In this document: positions 1 to 7,463 of the stretch, piece after piece
Layout: each line of letters opens with the position of its first letter
How positions within the stretch are numbered: the first letter of the stretch is position 1
Source of the DNA: a virus
DNA: 13,648 nucleotides
UHGV virus genome: UHGV-0343520
Reading direction: 5' to 3' (one strand)
The notes under the pieces: generated by a model
Told to the model about the DNA's origin: nothing
What the model saw: the letters and a program-made list of their open reading frames with translations, nothing else
Database searches by the model: none
Made by a program: the position numbers and the translations under genes

Positions 1-141
<141 letters not shown>

Positions 142-307
142 TCGTTTTTAATAATAAGTGTTGTATTTCTATCCTTGTATCAGCTATTTGATATGTAGTG
201 TTTGTTCATGTTATGTGGAGCTTTACACCATAGCCAGTTTATTTATACTTTATTCGTCAGCCTGAACAACTGGCATCTGCTGCACTGCGCCATCGAGAGA
301 TTGAGAA

Positions 308-907
308 ATGGCGCATATACAACTGGTCAAACAAACCTCTTCTGGACTACTTCTCCCGGCGACGCCGGAGAGTTGCGATTTTTTGCATCAAATCAAAATA
401 GGCGAGTGGATACACGCAGACTTTAAGCGTGTGCGTAACTACGCATTCCACAAGCGTTTTTTCAAACTCCTGCAACTGGGATTCGATTACTGGACTCCGG
501 TCGGTGGGGCGATCACGCCTCGCGCACGAAAGCTGGTTTCAGGATTCGTTGATTACCTATGTGAATCAGTAGGCCGGGAACATACGCCAGCTCTGAGCGA
601 AGCCGCAGAGCAATATCTGAATACAGTTGCGACACGCAGAACCCGGGATACGGCATTGCTAAAGTCGTTTGAGGCTTTCCGCGAGTGGGTAACCATTCAG
701 GCCGGATTTTACACCGAGCATCTTTATCCTGATGGTAGCCATGGGCGTCGGGCGAAATCCATCGCTTTTGCGAATATGGACGAAACCGAGTTTCAGCAGG
801 TTTATAAATCTGTTCTGAATGTGCTGTGGAACTGGATTCTGTTCCGTAAATTTTCCTCTCCGGAACAAGTCGAAAATGTGACCGCGCAGCTGCTGGAGTT
901 TGCGTAA
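308..907 (+). CDS. DUF1367-like phage protein (nin-region gene upstream of Q)
   Basis: 199-aa ORF with ATG start. Its stop overlaps the next start (TAATG), indicating translational coupling. Size and sequence are consistent with the ~200-aa DUF1367 family found next to Q in lambdoid prophages. Family assignment is from memory, not a search. Confidence 0.7.
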   Translation: MAHIQLVKQTSSGLLLPATPESCDFLHQIKIGEWIHADFKRVRNYAFHKRFFKLLQLGFDYWTPVGGAITPRARKLVSGFVDYLCESVGREHTPALSEAAEQYLNTVATRRTRDTALLKSFEAFREWVTIQAGFYTEHLYPDGSHGRRAKSIAFANMDETEFQQVYKSVLNVLWNWILFRKFSSPEQVENVTAQLLEFA

Positions 908-1197
908 TGGTGGATTTACGTAAAGCGGCGCGGGGGCAGATGTGCACCGTCAGAATTCCTGGCTACTGCAATCACGATCCGGAAACGTCTGTGCTGGCGC
1001 ATTACCGACTGGCGGGAACGTGCGGAACAGCGACAAAACCACACGATATGCAGGCGGCGATTGCCTGTAGCTCATGCCACGATCTAATCGACGGGCGGGT
1101 AAAAACCAGCGATTACACCAAAGAAGAATTACGCCTGATGCATGCAGAAGGTGTTTTTCGCACACAAGAAATCTGGAGAAAGGAGGGATATTTGTGA
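907..1197 (+). CDS. DUF1364 / YbcO-like cysteine-rich phage protein (putative zinc-binding nuclease-like)
   Basis: 96-aa ORF coupled to the upstream gene. Contains five Cys including a CSSCHD motif, suggesting a zinc ribbon. Size matches the ~95-aa YbcO/DUF1364 family of lambdoid nin regions. Confidence 0.7.
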   Translation: MVDLRKAARGQMCTVRIPGYCNHDPETSVLAHYRLAGTCGTATKPHDMQAAIACSSCHDLIDGRVKTSDYTKEELRLMHAEGVFRTQEIWRKEGYL

Positions 1198-1736
1198 TTT
1201 ACCCAACGAATACAGGAAAAAGCGGAGAACACCTTCGTCTCGCCACGCTGGAAAGTGTCTGGATTCAGGGCAAACTGCGTATGTGGGGGCGCTGGTCGTA
1301 TATTGGCGGTGGCAGGTCAGGAAATATGTTCAATCAGTTGTTGGCATCCAAAAAATTGACGAAAACAGCCATCAATGAAGCCCTGCGCAGAATGAAAAAA
1401 GCGGGAATAGAGAAAGCTGAGCTGGAAGCGTTTTTGCGAGAGATGATCAACGGCAAGCAAAAGAGCTGGCTGGCGCATTGTACTGATGCAGAGGCGTTAT
1501 GTATTGATCGAGTCATAAGTGAGGTGCTGGCAGAGCATCCAGGATTGATTTGCATTCTCCGGCAACGCTATGAAGGGCGGGGGATGACTAAGCGTAAAAT
1601 GGCTGAATTGCTAAATGATGCACACCCAGAGTGGTGTTTTAGCACATGCGAAAAACGGATTGCTAATTGGTTAGCTGTTGCTGAGTATGCCCTATATATT
1701 CCCATGCGTGAATCATTTGCTGAGAAAATGGCTTGA
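1194..1736 (+). CDS. Late-gene antiterminator Q-like protein
   Basis: GTG at 1194 is preceded by AGGAGGG (1181-1187) and overlaps the stop of the upstream gene. An in-frame ATG at 1074 is an alternative start but lacks a Shine-Dalgarno. The N-terminal W-x-G-x-W region (RMWGRW) recalls Q proteins of the 933W/PF06530 type. Position is canonical: immediately upstream of a terminator-rich leader and the lysis cassette. Confidence 0.6.
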   Translation: MIYPTNTGKSGEHLRLATLESVWIQGKLRMWGRWSYIGGGRSGNMFNQLLASKKLTKTAINEALRRMKKAGIEKAELEAFLREMINGKQKSWLAHCTDAEALCIDRVISEVLAEHPGLICILRQRYEGRGMTKRKMAELLNDAHPEWCFSTCEKRIANWLAVAEYALYIPMRESFAEKMA

Positions 1737-1820
1737 TTTCTTACGTATAAACTGCTTCAATTTTGCTATGCTTCGCAAAGCTGTATCGCGAGGCGGATTG
1801 CAGACATGGACATCGTAAAA

Positions 1821-1843
1821 AAACCGCTTAATGCGGTTTTTTT
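1821..1843 (+). terminator. Rho-independent terminator downstream of Q (candidate tR'-like)
   Basis: Stem AAACCGC (1821-1827), loop TTAAT, stem GCGGTTT (1833-1839), then a T-run to 1843. An A-tract upstream means it could also terminate on the opposite strand. Confidence 0.7.
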
Positions 1844-2334
1844 ACGTCAGGAAAGCAGGGGAGAATGCTGCTAGTTGGGCAACTGGTCTTTCTGCTTGCT
1901 TAAGTGGAGAATTCGCATATTGGCGTGTAACTTGCGCAGAATACACATCTTTTACACGACTTGTTAGTTTATCCTGCGGCTTGTTATGATTATTTTAGCA
2001 TATTATCAGTTTTCACGGCCTGAATCTTGGTTAAGGCTCTTTATCCTGTTGTAATGACAGAAATAAATGGTGGATGGAATTCAGGACGGTTTGTTTTAAT
2101 AAAAAATGTAACTCAGGAAATAAGTTAACCTAACTGGAATCACTTTCGGATTATTAAGATTGAAGTGCCTTTTCTTCCTTTTTAGTATCGGTGCCAGTTC
2201 CGGGGAGAGCGGCTTTTATTGTTTGATTAGAGCTGACACGAAGAACTAATGTAGATCTGGTTTAGTCGGTATGGCTCATGATTTGAAATCTAATCAGTAG
2301 TTTATTTGTTCGAGCGCGATAGTTGGTACCATAT

Positions 2335-2380
<46 letters not shown>

Positions 2381-2723
2381 CGTGGATGAGGCTCTGGTTT
2401 TGCAGCACTGGCGTTTTTTCGTGGGGAAAGGTCTCCTGAGCTCCTTTATCGCTACCCCAAATTATAACAGAGACCAGTTATAGTTTCGGTGCTGTGTTTT
2501 TTTTACAATATTGTGATAACACATTGCTGGCGGGAGTTTTGATATTCCTTGGCAGGGGATGATGATGCGTTATCCTGATGTCGTCAACTCATATAAAATG
2601 AGATGAGAGATCATCGCCGGGTGGTTTGTAATTCGCTGTTTAGCGGGACAATATGTTGTCTGATACAAGACACCCGACGCCTCAGATTACTATAATAAAG
2701 ACGAAGCATCCTTTGTATTGACC

Positions 2724-2749
2724 AACCGCCTGTTTAGGCGGTTCTTTTT
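2724..2749 (+). terminator. Rho-independent terminator
   Basis: Stem AACCGCCT (2724-2731), loop GTTT, stem AGGCGGTT (2736-2743), followed by CTTTTT. Confidence 0.7.
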
Positions 2750-3272
2750 GGGCTGGTTTATTGTATGCCAAATGATTATTAAAAAGGTTGTGTTAATAAC
2801 AAAATCCGAAATAATATGCCTGCATATTTTTATCTTGCTTATATTGTGCATAGCAGGCTCATCCCTGCAATCAAAACTGTATGATGAGTATTTTTTGTTT
2901 TCCTTTTTTCCAGTCATCTGATGATGACCTGCTTCTTTTTAATCCGGATCGACATCAGTTTTTTAAGATAATTCCTGCGAGTTATATGCACAAATGCCAC
3001 AAACTCCGCATTTTATGTGGTTGGGAGTTGCCGGGCGCGCAGTGAGTTTGCTAAGAAAACTCCTGCATGGTGAATCCCCCTGTGCGGTGGGGTGATACCA
3101 TTAACCTTTTCTGTCGCCGACAGGTATCACGAACATTTTGTTCACCGGGAGGCACCCGGCACCATGCACTTCAATAGATTCTCTCCACATTATGGATATT
3201 CTTTCAGAATATCCCACGCAGACTTTGTGTAAATGTTAACAAATGTGCGTTTTATTTGATCTGATTCGCTGT

Positions 3273-3302
3273 TTGAGCGTCCAAAACAACGGTATATATA
3301 AT
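3273..3302 (+). promoter_or_regulatory. Sigma70-like promoter for the lipoprotein moron genes
   Basis: TTGAGC (3273-3278), 18-bp spacer, TATAAT (3297-3302). This leaves a ~25-nt leader to the ATG at 3332, which has GAGGAAAA as Shine-Dalgarno. Confidence 0.45.
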
Positions 3303-3331
3303 CCTTTACTATATGACATATGTGAGGAAAA

Positions 3332-3760
3332 ATGGGTTTTCGTAGCGCATCAATTCTTACGTTGATTATTAGTGGGATTATTATCGGGTGCACTGATGCT
3401 GTATCGACAAATTATCATGACCGTACATCATATTACTCCGATAAAGCAATAGAGACACAGTATGTGAGTTCATCTGAACGTACTTCTGATGTTAGTGAGG
3501 ATATCCGTCTGTATGCCCATCAAATCAAGAGCGCCATCGAAAAACAGTTCGGGGATGCGAGTAAGTATTCAGGAAAAGAGTGTACACTGAGAATGCATAT
3601 GGCCCCGAATGGCCTTCTACTGGAGGTTAAAAGAGAAAGTGGAGACCTCGATTTATGTCGTGAAGCGATGAATGCGATAAAGAATGCTGATATACCTGCC
3701 CCCCCTTCGCCGGAAGTATATAAAGTATTTCAAAATGGGGTGCTGGATTTTAAACCCTGA
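3332..3760 (+). CDS. Lipoprotein with TolA C-terminal (domain III)-like domain
   Basis: 142 aa. N-terminal signal peptide with lipobox IIGC. The C-terminal ~85 aa (YAHQIKSAIEKQF...CTLRMHMAPNGLLLEVK...PPSPEVYKVFQNGVLDFKP) align closely with the recalled C-terminus of E. coli TolA (...YAGQIKSAIESKF...CTLRIKLAPDGMLLDIK...VFKNAPLDFKP). AT-rich with its own promoter. Confidence 0.8.
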   Translation: MGFRSASILTLIISGIIIGCTDAVSTNYHDRTSYYSDKAIETQYVSSSERTSDVSEDIRLYAHQIKSAIEKQFGDASKYSGKECTLRMHMAPNGLLLEVKRESGDLDLCREAMNAIKNADIPAPPSPEVYKVFQNGVLDFKP

Positions 3761-3910
3761 TATTTATTGTTTTGTAATAAACGGTTTCGGCTTAGGTTTG
3801 TTCTGACACAGCTACGGCACTGAGCTAAATTTAGCGGATAGTCAGCTCTGAGCCAGTGGCGGACGTAACAACTACTATTGCTGAGATTTTAATGGATTGA
3901 GGAGCAAGAA

Positions 3911-4306
3911 GTGGGATTAAAGAAAATCGTTATGTTGACTTTTTGGGTCGGTTTTGTTGCGGGATGCACACCTTTACACCCTTCAGATTGCCACAAAACT
4001 ACTGCTACAGGTAGTTGCAGTTCAGGACGCTGGGATGATCAGGATGAATGGGGGGCGCAAGCGCGGGGAATCAGAGCTGCAATTAATGCCAAACTTGATG
4101 AGCCGCATAACTGGAAAGGGAAAAAATGCAGGTTGCATATGGAATTCTCTCAGGATGGCACGGCGTTAAAAATATCTACCAGTAACGGTGATAAAGCCTA
4201 TTGCGAAGCGATAAAGTCCGCAGCTCATAAAGCCAAATTTCCGGCCTTCAACAATCCGGAAGTCTACAGAGATTTTCAGAAATCTGGCTTTGACATGCGA
4301 GGTTAG
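3911..4306 (+). CDS. Second, divergent lipoprotein with TolA domain III-like C-terminus
   Basis: 131 aa with GTG start after GAGGA. Lipobox VAGC. C-terminal region (IRAAINAKL...KKCRLHMEFSQDGTALKIS...FNNPEVYRDFQKSGFDMRG) follows the same TolA-III pattern as the upstream gene but is more divergent. Confidence 0.75.
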   Translation: MGLKKIVMLTFWVGFVAGCTPLHPSDCHKTTATGSCSSGRWDDQDEWGAQARGIRAAINAKLDEPHNWKGKKCRLHMEFSQDGTALKISTSNGDKAYCEAIKSAAHKAKFPAFNNPEVYRDFQKSGFDMRG

Positions 4307-4431
4307 CTCTTCAATTACTATATCTCATTCATAGCAAACTGACAGATTTAATGATGTTCTATATACGAAACCTGTGATGTCAAGTCTGAGCTAATACAAA
4401 TAAACATAATATCAGAGAAATACATTTTATT

Positions 4432-4453
4432 AGCTCGCTACGGCGAGCTTTTT
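4432..4453 (+). terminator. Rho-independent terminator after the lipoprotein pair
   Basis: Stem AGCTCGC (4432-4438), loop TACG, stem GCGAGCT (4443-4449), then a T-run to 4453. Confidence 0.65.
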
Positions 4454-4557
4454 ATATTGCATCGTCTCCAGCATATATATCAATTAAGGCTCTGATTGAT
4501 GTGTCTGAAAGCCTACACATAATAACTATGCCATCCGTTCCGTGCGGAGGTGAGGCT

Positions 4558-4773
4558 ATGAAATCCATGGACAAAATTTCAACAGGCATTGCCTACGGCA
4601 CCTCCGCAGGCAGTGCTGGCTACTGGTTTTTACAGTTGCTCGATAGAGTAACTCCGTCACAGTGGGCTGCAATCGGTGTGCTGGGTAGTCTGGTATTTGG
4701 CCTGCTGACGTACCTGACAAACCTTTATTTCAAGATTAAAGAAGATAAGCGCAAGGCTGCGAGAGGTGAATAA
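4558..4773 (+). CDS. S: Pinholin, phage 21 S21 type (class II holin/antiholin with dual start)
   Basis: Translation [26 protein letters not shown]...[15 protein letters not shown] is near-identical to S21 as recalled. Dual-start motif M-K-S-M, with GGAGGTGA just upstream. Stop overlaps the endolysin start. Confidence 0.9.
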   Translation: MKSMDKISTGIAYGTSAGSAGYWFLQLLDRVTPSQWAAIGVLGSLVFGLLTYLTNLYFKIKEDKRKAARGE

Positions 4774-5270
4774 TGCCTCCATCATTACGAAAAGTCGTTG
4801 CTGCTGCTATTGGTGGCGGAGCAATTGCTATAGCATCAGTGTTAATCACTGGCCCAAGTGGTAACGATGGTCTGGAAGGTGTCAGCTACATACCATACAA
4901 AGATATTGTTGGTGTATGGACTGTATGTCACGGGCATACAGGAAAAGACATCATTCCCGGTAAAACGTATACCAAAGCAGAATGCAAAACACTCTTGAAT
5001 AAAGACCTTGCCACTGTCGCCAGACAAATTAACCCGTACATCAAAGTCGATATACCGGAAACAACGCGCGGCGCTCTTTACTCATTCGTTTACAACGTGG
5101 GTGCTGGCAATTTCAGAACATCGACGCTTCTTCGCAAAATAAACCAGGACGATATCAAAGGCGCATGTGATCAGCTACGTCGCTGGACATATGCTGGCGG
5201 TAAGCAATGGAAAGGTCTCATGACTCGTCGTGAGATTGAGCGTGAAATCTGTTTGTGGGGTCAGCAATGA
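4773..5270 (+). CDS. R: SAR endolysin (R21-type lysozyme with signal-anchor-release domain)
   Basis: 165 aa. N-terminal Gly/Ala-rich SAR domain ([18 protein letters not shown]) followed by a lysozyme catalytic region. Near-identical to phage 21 R as recalled. Confidence 0.92.
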   Translation: MPPSLRKVVAAAIGGGAIAIASVLITGPSGNDGLEGVSYIPYKDIVGVWTVCHGHTGKDIIPGKTYTKAECKTLLNKDLATVARQINPYIKVDIPETTRGALYSFVYNVGAGNFRTSTLLRKINQDDIKGACDQLRRWTYAGGKQWKGLMTRREIEREICLWGQQ

Positions 5271-5731
5271 ACAGAGTAACCGCGATTATCTCCGCTCTGG
5301 TTATCTGCATCATCGTCTGCCTGTCATGGGCTGTTAATCATTACCGTGATAACGCCATTACCTACAAAGCCCAGCGCGACAAAAATGCCAGAGAACTGAA
5401 GCTGGCGAACGCGGCAATTACTGACATGCAGATGCGTCAGCGTGATGTTGCTGCGCTCGATGCAAAATACACGAAGGAGTTAGCTGATGCGAAAGCTGAA
5501 AATGATGCTCTGCGTGATGATGTTGCCGCTGGTCGTCGTCGGTTGCACATCAAAGCAGTCTGTCAGTCAGTGCGTGAAGCCACCACCGCCTCCGGCGTGG
5601 ATAATGCAGCCTCCCCCCGACTGGCAGACACCGCTGAACGGGATTATTTCACCCTCCGGGAACGACTGGTAATGATGCAGGCCCAACTTGAAGGTGCTCA
5701 GCAATACATAACCGAGCAGTGTTTAAAGTAA
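5267..5731 (+). CDS. Rz: Rz, inner-membrane spanin (i-spanin)
   Basis: ATG at 5267 overlaps the endolysin stop. N-terminal transmembrane helix and coiled-coil periplasmic domain. Matches lambda Rz as recalled. Confidence 0.9.
   Translation: MNRVTAIISALVICIIVCLSWAVNHYRDNAITYKAQRDKNARELKLANAAITDMQMRQRDVAALDAKYTKELADAKAENDALRDDVAAGRRRLHIKAVCQSVREATTASGVDNAASPRLADTAERDYFTLRERLVMMQAQLEGAQQYITEQCLK
5487..5672 (+). CDS. Rz1: Rz1, outer-membrane lipoprotein spanin (o-spanin), embedded in Rz in the +1 frame
   Basis: 61 aa. Lipobox VVGC and a proline-rich mature region ([16 protein letters not shown]). Matches lambda Rz1 and lies wholly inside Rz, the classic embedded architecture. Confidence 0.9.
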   Translation: MRKLKMMLCVMMLPLVVVGCTSKQSVSQCVKPPPPPAWIMQPPPDWQTPLNGIISPSGNDW

Positions 5732-5868
5732 AATCTTAACTACAATATGATTCATTTTGATGATTGTTTCATAAGGAACAGTGAAGTAAGATCTAAGAGG
5801 AGTTAAATTTTATACAGTATAATCATAATATTGCAGCAAGGTGGTTATAATTGAAAGAATATTTAGAT

Positions 5869-7326
5869 ATGAATACATCTCATGTAAGAGTTGTTACTCA
5901 TATGTGTGGGTTCCTGGTTTGGCTCTATAGTCTTTCAATGTTGCCACCAATGGTTGTAGCATTGTTTTATAAAGAAAAAAGCCTGTTCGTTTTCTTTATA
6001 ACTTTCGTTATATTTTTTTGCATTGGTGGCGGAGCGTGGTATACAACTAAGAAATCTGGCATTCAATTACGTACCCGTGATGGGTTTATTATAATTGTAA
6101 TGTTTTGGATTTTGTTTTCTGTTATTAGTGCATTCCCTTTATGGATTGACTCAGAACTTAATTTAACGTTCATTGATGCTCTGTTTGAAGGGGTTTCTGG
6201 AATAACAACAACAGGAGCAACTGTAATTGATGATGTTAGTTCATTACCTCGGGCATATTTGTACTATCGGTCACAGTTAAATTTTATAGGTGGTTTAGGA
6301 GTTATTGTTCTGGCGGTTGCTGTATTGCCATTATTGGGTATTGGTGGTGCAAAGCTTTATCAGTCAGAAATGCCGGGGCCATTTAAGGATGACAAACTCA
6401 CTCCCCGCCTGGCCGATACGTCACGGACACTGTGGATAACTTATTCTTTATTAGGTATTGCTTGTATTGTCTGTTATAGACTTGCAGGAATGCCTTTGTT
6501 TGATGCTATTTGTCACGGGATTTCCACAGTTTCGCTTGGTGGTTTCTCAACTCATAGCGAGAGTATCGGATATTTTAATAACTATTTGGTTGAGCTGGTG
6601 GCTGGTTCTTTTTCCCTGCTATCGGCTTTCAACTTCACTCTTTGGTATATTGTTATTAGCAGGAAAACGATAAAACCTTTAATCAGAGATATTGAACTTC
6701 GTTTCTTTCTGTTAATAGCCTTAGGGGTGATCATTGTTACCTCTTTCCAGGTCTGGCATATAGGTATGTATGACTTGCATGGAAGTTTTATTCATTCGTT
6801 TTTTCTTGCCAGCTCCATGCTCACTGATAATGGTTTAGCTACGCAGGATTATGCAAGTTGGCCCACGCACACGATAGTGTTTTTGCTGTTGTCAAGTTTC
6901 TTTGGGGGATGTATAGGTTCAACTTGTGGTGGAATTAAGTCACTTCGATTTCTTATACTTTTCAAACAAAGCAAACACGAGATAAATCAGCTTTCTCATC
7001 CCAGAGCGTTGTTGAGTGTAAATGTAGGAGGGAAGATAGTTACAGATCGTGTAATGAGGTCTGTATGGAGTTTCTTTTTTCTTTATACTCTCTTCACGGT
7101 GTTTTTTATACTGGTGTTAAATGGTATGGGATATGATTTTCTTACATCATTTGCAACAGTGGCTGCATGTATTAATAATATGGGATTAGGTTTTGGGGCT
7201 ACTGCATCGTCATTCGGAGTGCTTAATGACATTGCAAAATGTTTAATGTGCATAGCTATGATTCTTGGTCGCCTTGAAATTTATCCTGTTATTATATTGT
7301 TTTCAGGTTTTTTTTGGCGCTCCTAA
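5869..7326 (+). CDS. trkG: TrkH/TrkG-family potassium uptake protein (prophage-borne)
   Basis: 485 aa from ATG 5869 (MNTSHVRV...). An in-frame TTG at 5851 with AGGTGG upstream is an alternative start. Multi-pass membrane protein with Gly-rich selectivity-filter-like segments (GITTTGAT, GIGGAK, LGGFSTH, STCGG). Strongly AT-rich relative to its neighbours. trkG is known to sit in the Rac prophage downstream of Rz/Rz1. Confidence 0.9.
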   Translation: MNTSHVRVVTHMCGFLVWLYSLSMLPPMVVALFYKEKSLFVFFITFVIFFCIGGGAWYTTKKSGIQLRTRDGFIIIVMFWILFSVISAFPLWIDSELNLTFIDALFEGVSGITTTGATVIDDVSSLPRAYLYYRSQLNFIGGLGVIVLAVAVLPLLGIGGAKLYQSEMPGPFKDDKLTPRLADTSRTLWITYSLLGIACIVCYRLAGMPLFDAICHGISTVSLGGFSTHSESIGYFNNYLVELVAGSFSLLSAFNFTLWYIVISRKTIKPLIRDIELRFFLLIALGVIIVTSFQVWHIGMYDLHGSFIHSFFLASSMLTDNGLATQDYASWPTHTIVFLLLSSFFGGCIGSTCGGIKSLRFLILFKQSKHEINQLSHPRALLSVNVGGKIVTDRVMRSVWSFFFLYTLFTVFFILVLNGMGYDFLTSFATVAACINNMGLGFGATASSFGVLNDIAKCLMCIAMILGRLEIYPVIILFSGFFWRS

Positions 7327-7412
7327 TATATGGCTGATTTATAATTGTGAGTTTAATATTATGTTGACTCACTCATTGATCCAATACCTAACTTTACCAG
7401 CAACCCCTCCGT

Positions 7413-7447
7413 CCCCAGTAGCACTGGCTGCTGGGGTGCGTTTTATT
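7413..7447 (+). terminator. Candidate intrinsic terminator downstream of trkG
   Basis: Stem CCCCAGTAGC (7413-7422), loop ACTG, stem GCTGCTGGGG (7427-7436) with one G-U pair, followed by TGCGTTTTATT. Confidence 0.5.
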
Positions 7448-7463
7448 CATAAAGCAAGGCTGT

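Noticed and set aside
513-1555. Minus-strand ORFs of 69-144 aa (513-947, 659-868, 950-1165, 1334-1555)
   Set aside because: They lie entirely inside well-supported + strand genes (DUF1367, DUF1364, Q), have no Shine-Dalgarno and no recognisable motifs, and are typical antisense shadow ORFs.
1074-1736. Longer 220-aa version of Q starting at ATG 1074
   Set aside because: It would overlap the upstream gene by 124 nt and has no Shine-Dalgarno. GTG 1194 with AGGAGGG upstream and stop-start overlap is a better start, but this is not certain.
2258-2330. Possible intact tRNA because of a TTCGAGC T-loop-like motif
   Set aside because: A cloverleaf could not be folded: the flanking bases do not form a T stem or an acceptor stem.
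2690-2921. Overlapping 67-aa (+) and 75-aa (-) ORFs in the AT-rich region
   Set aside because: Both overlap the intrinsic terminator at 2724-2749, lack ribosome-binding sites, and have low-complexity hydrophobic translations typical of AT-rich noncoding DNA.
3190-3393. 67-aa minus-strand ORF
   Set aside because: It overlaps the predicted promoter and the start of the lipoprotein gene on the opposite strand and has no supporting signals.
5851-5868. TTG start extending trkG by 6 codons
   Set aside because: ATG 5869 gives the 485-aa length I recall for TrkG. However, AGGTGG sits at ideal spacing for the TTG, so the longer form cannot be excluded.
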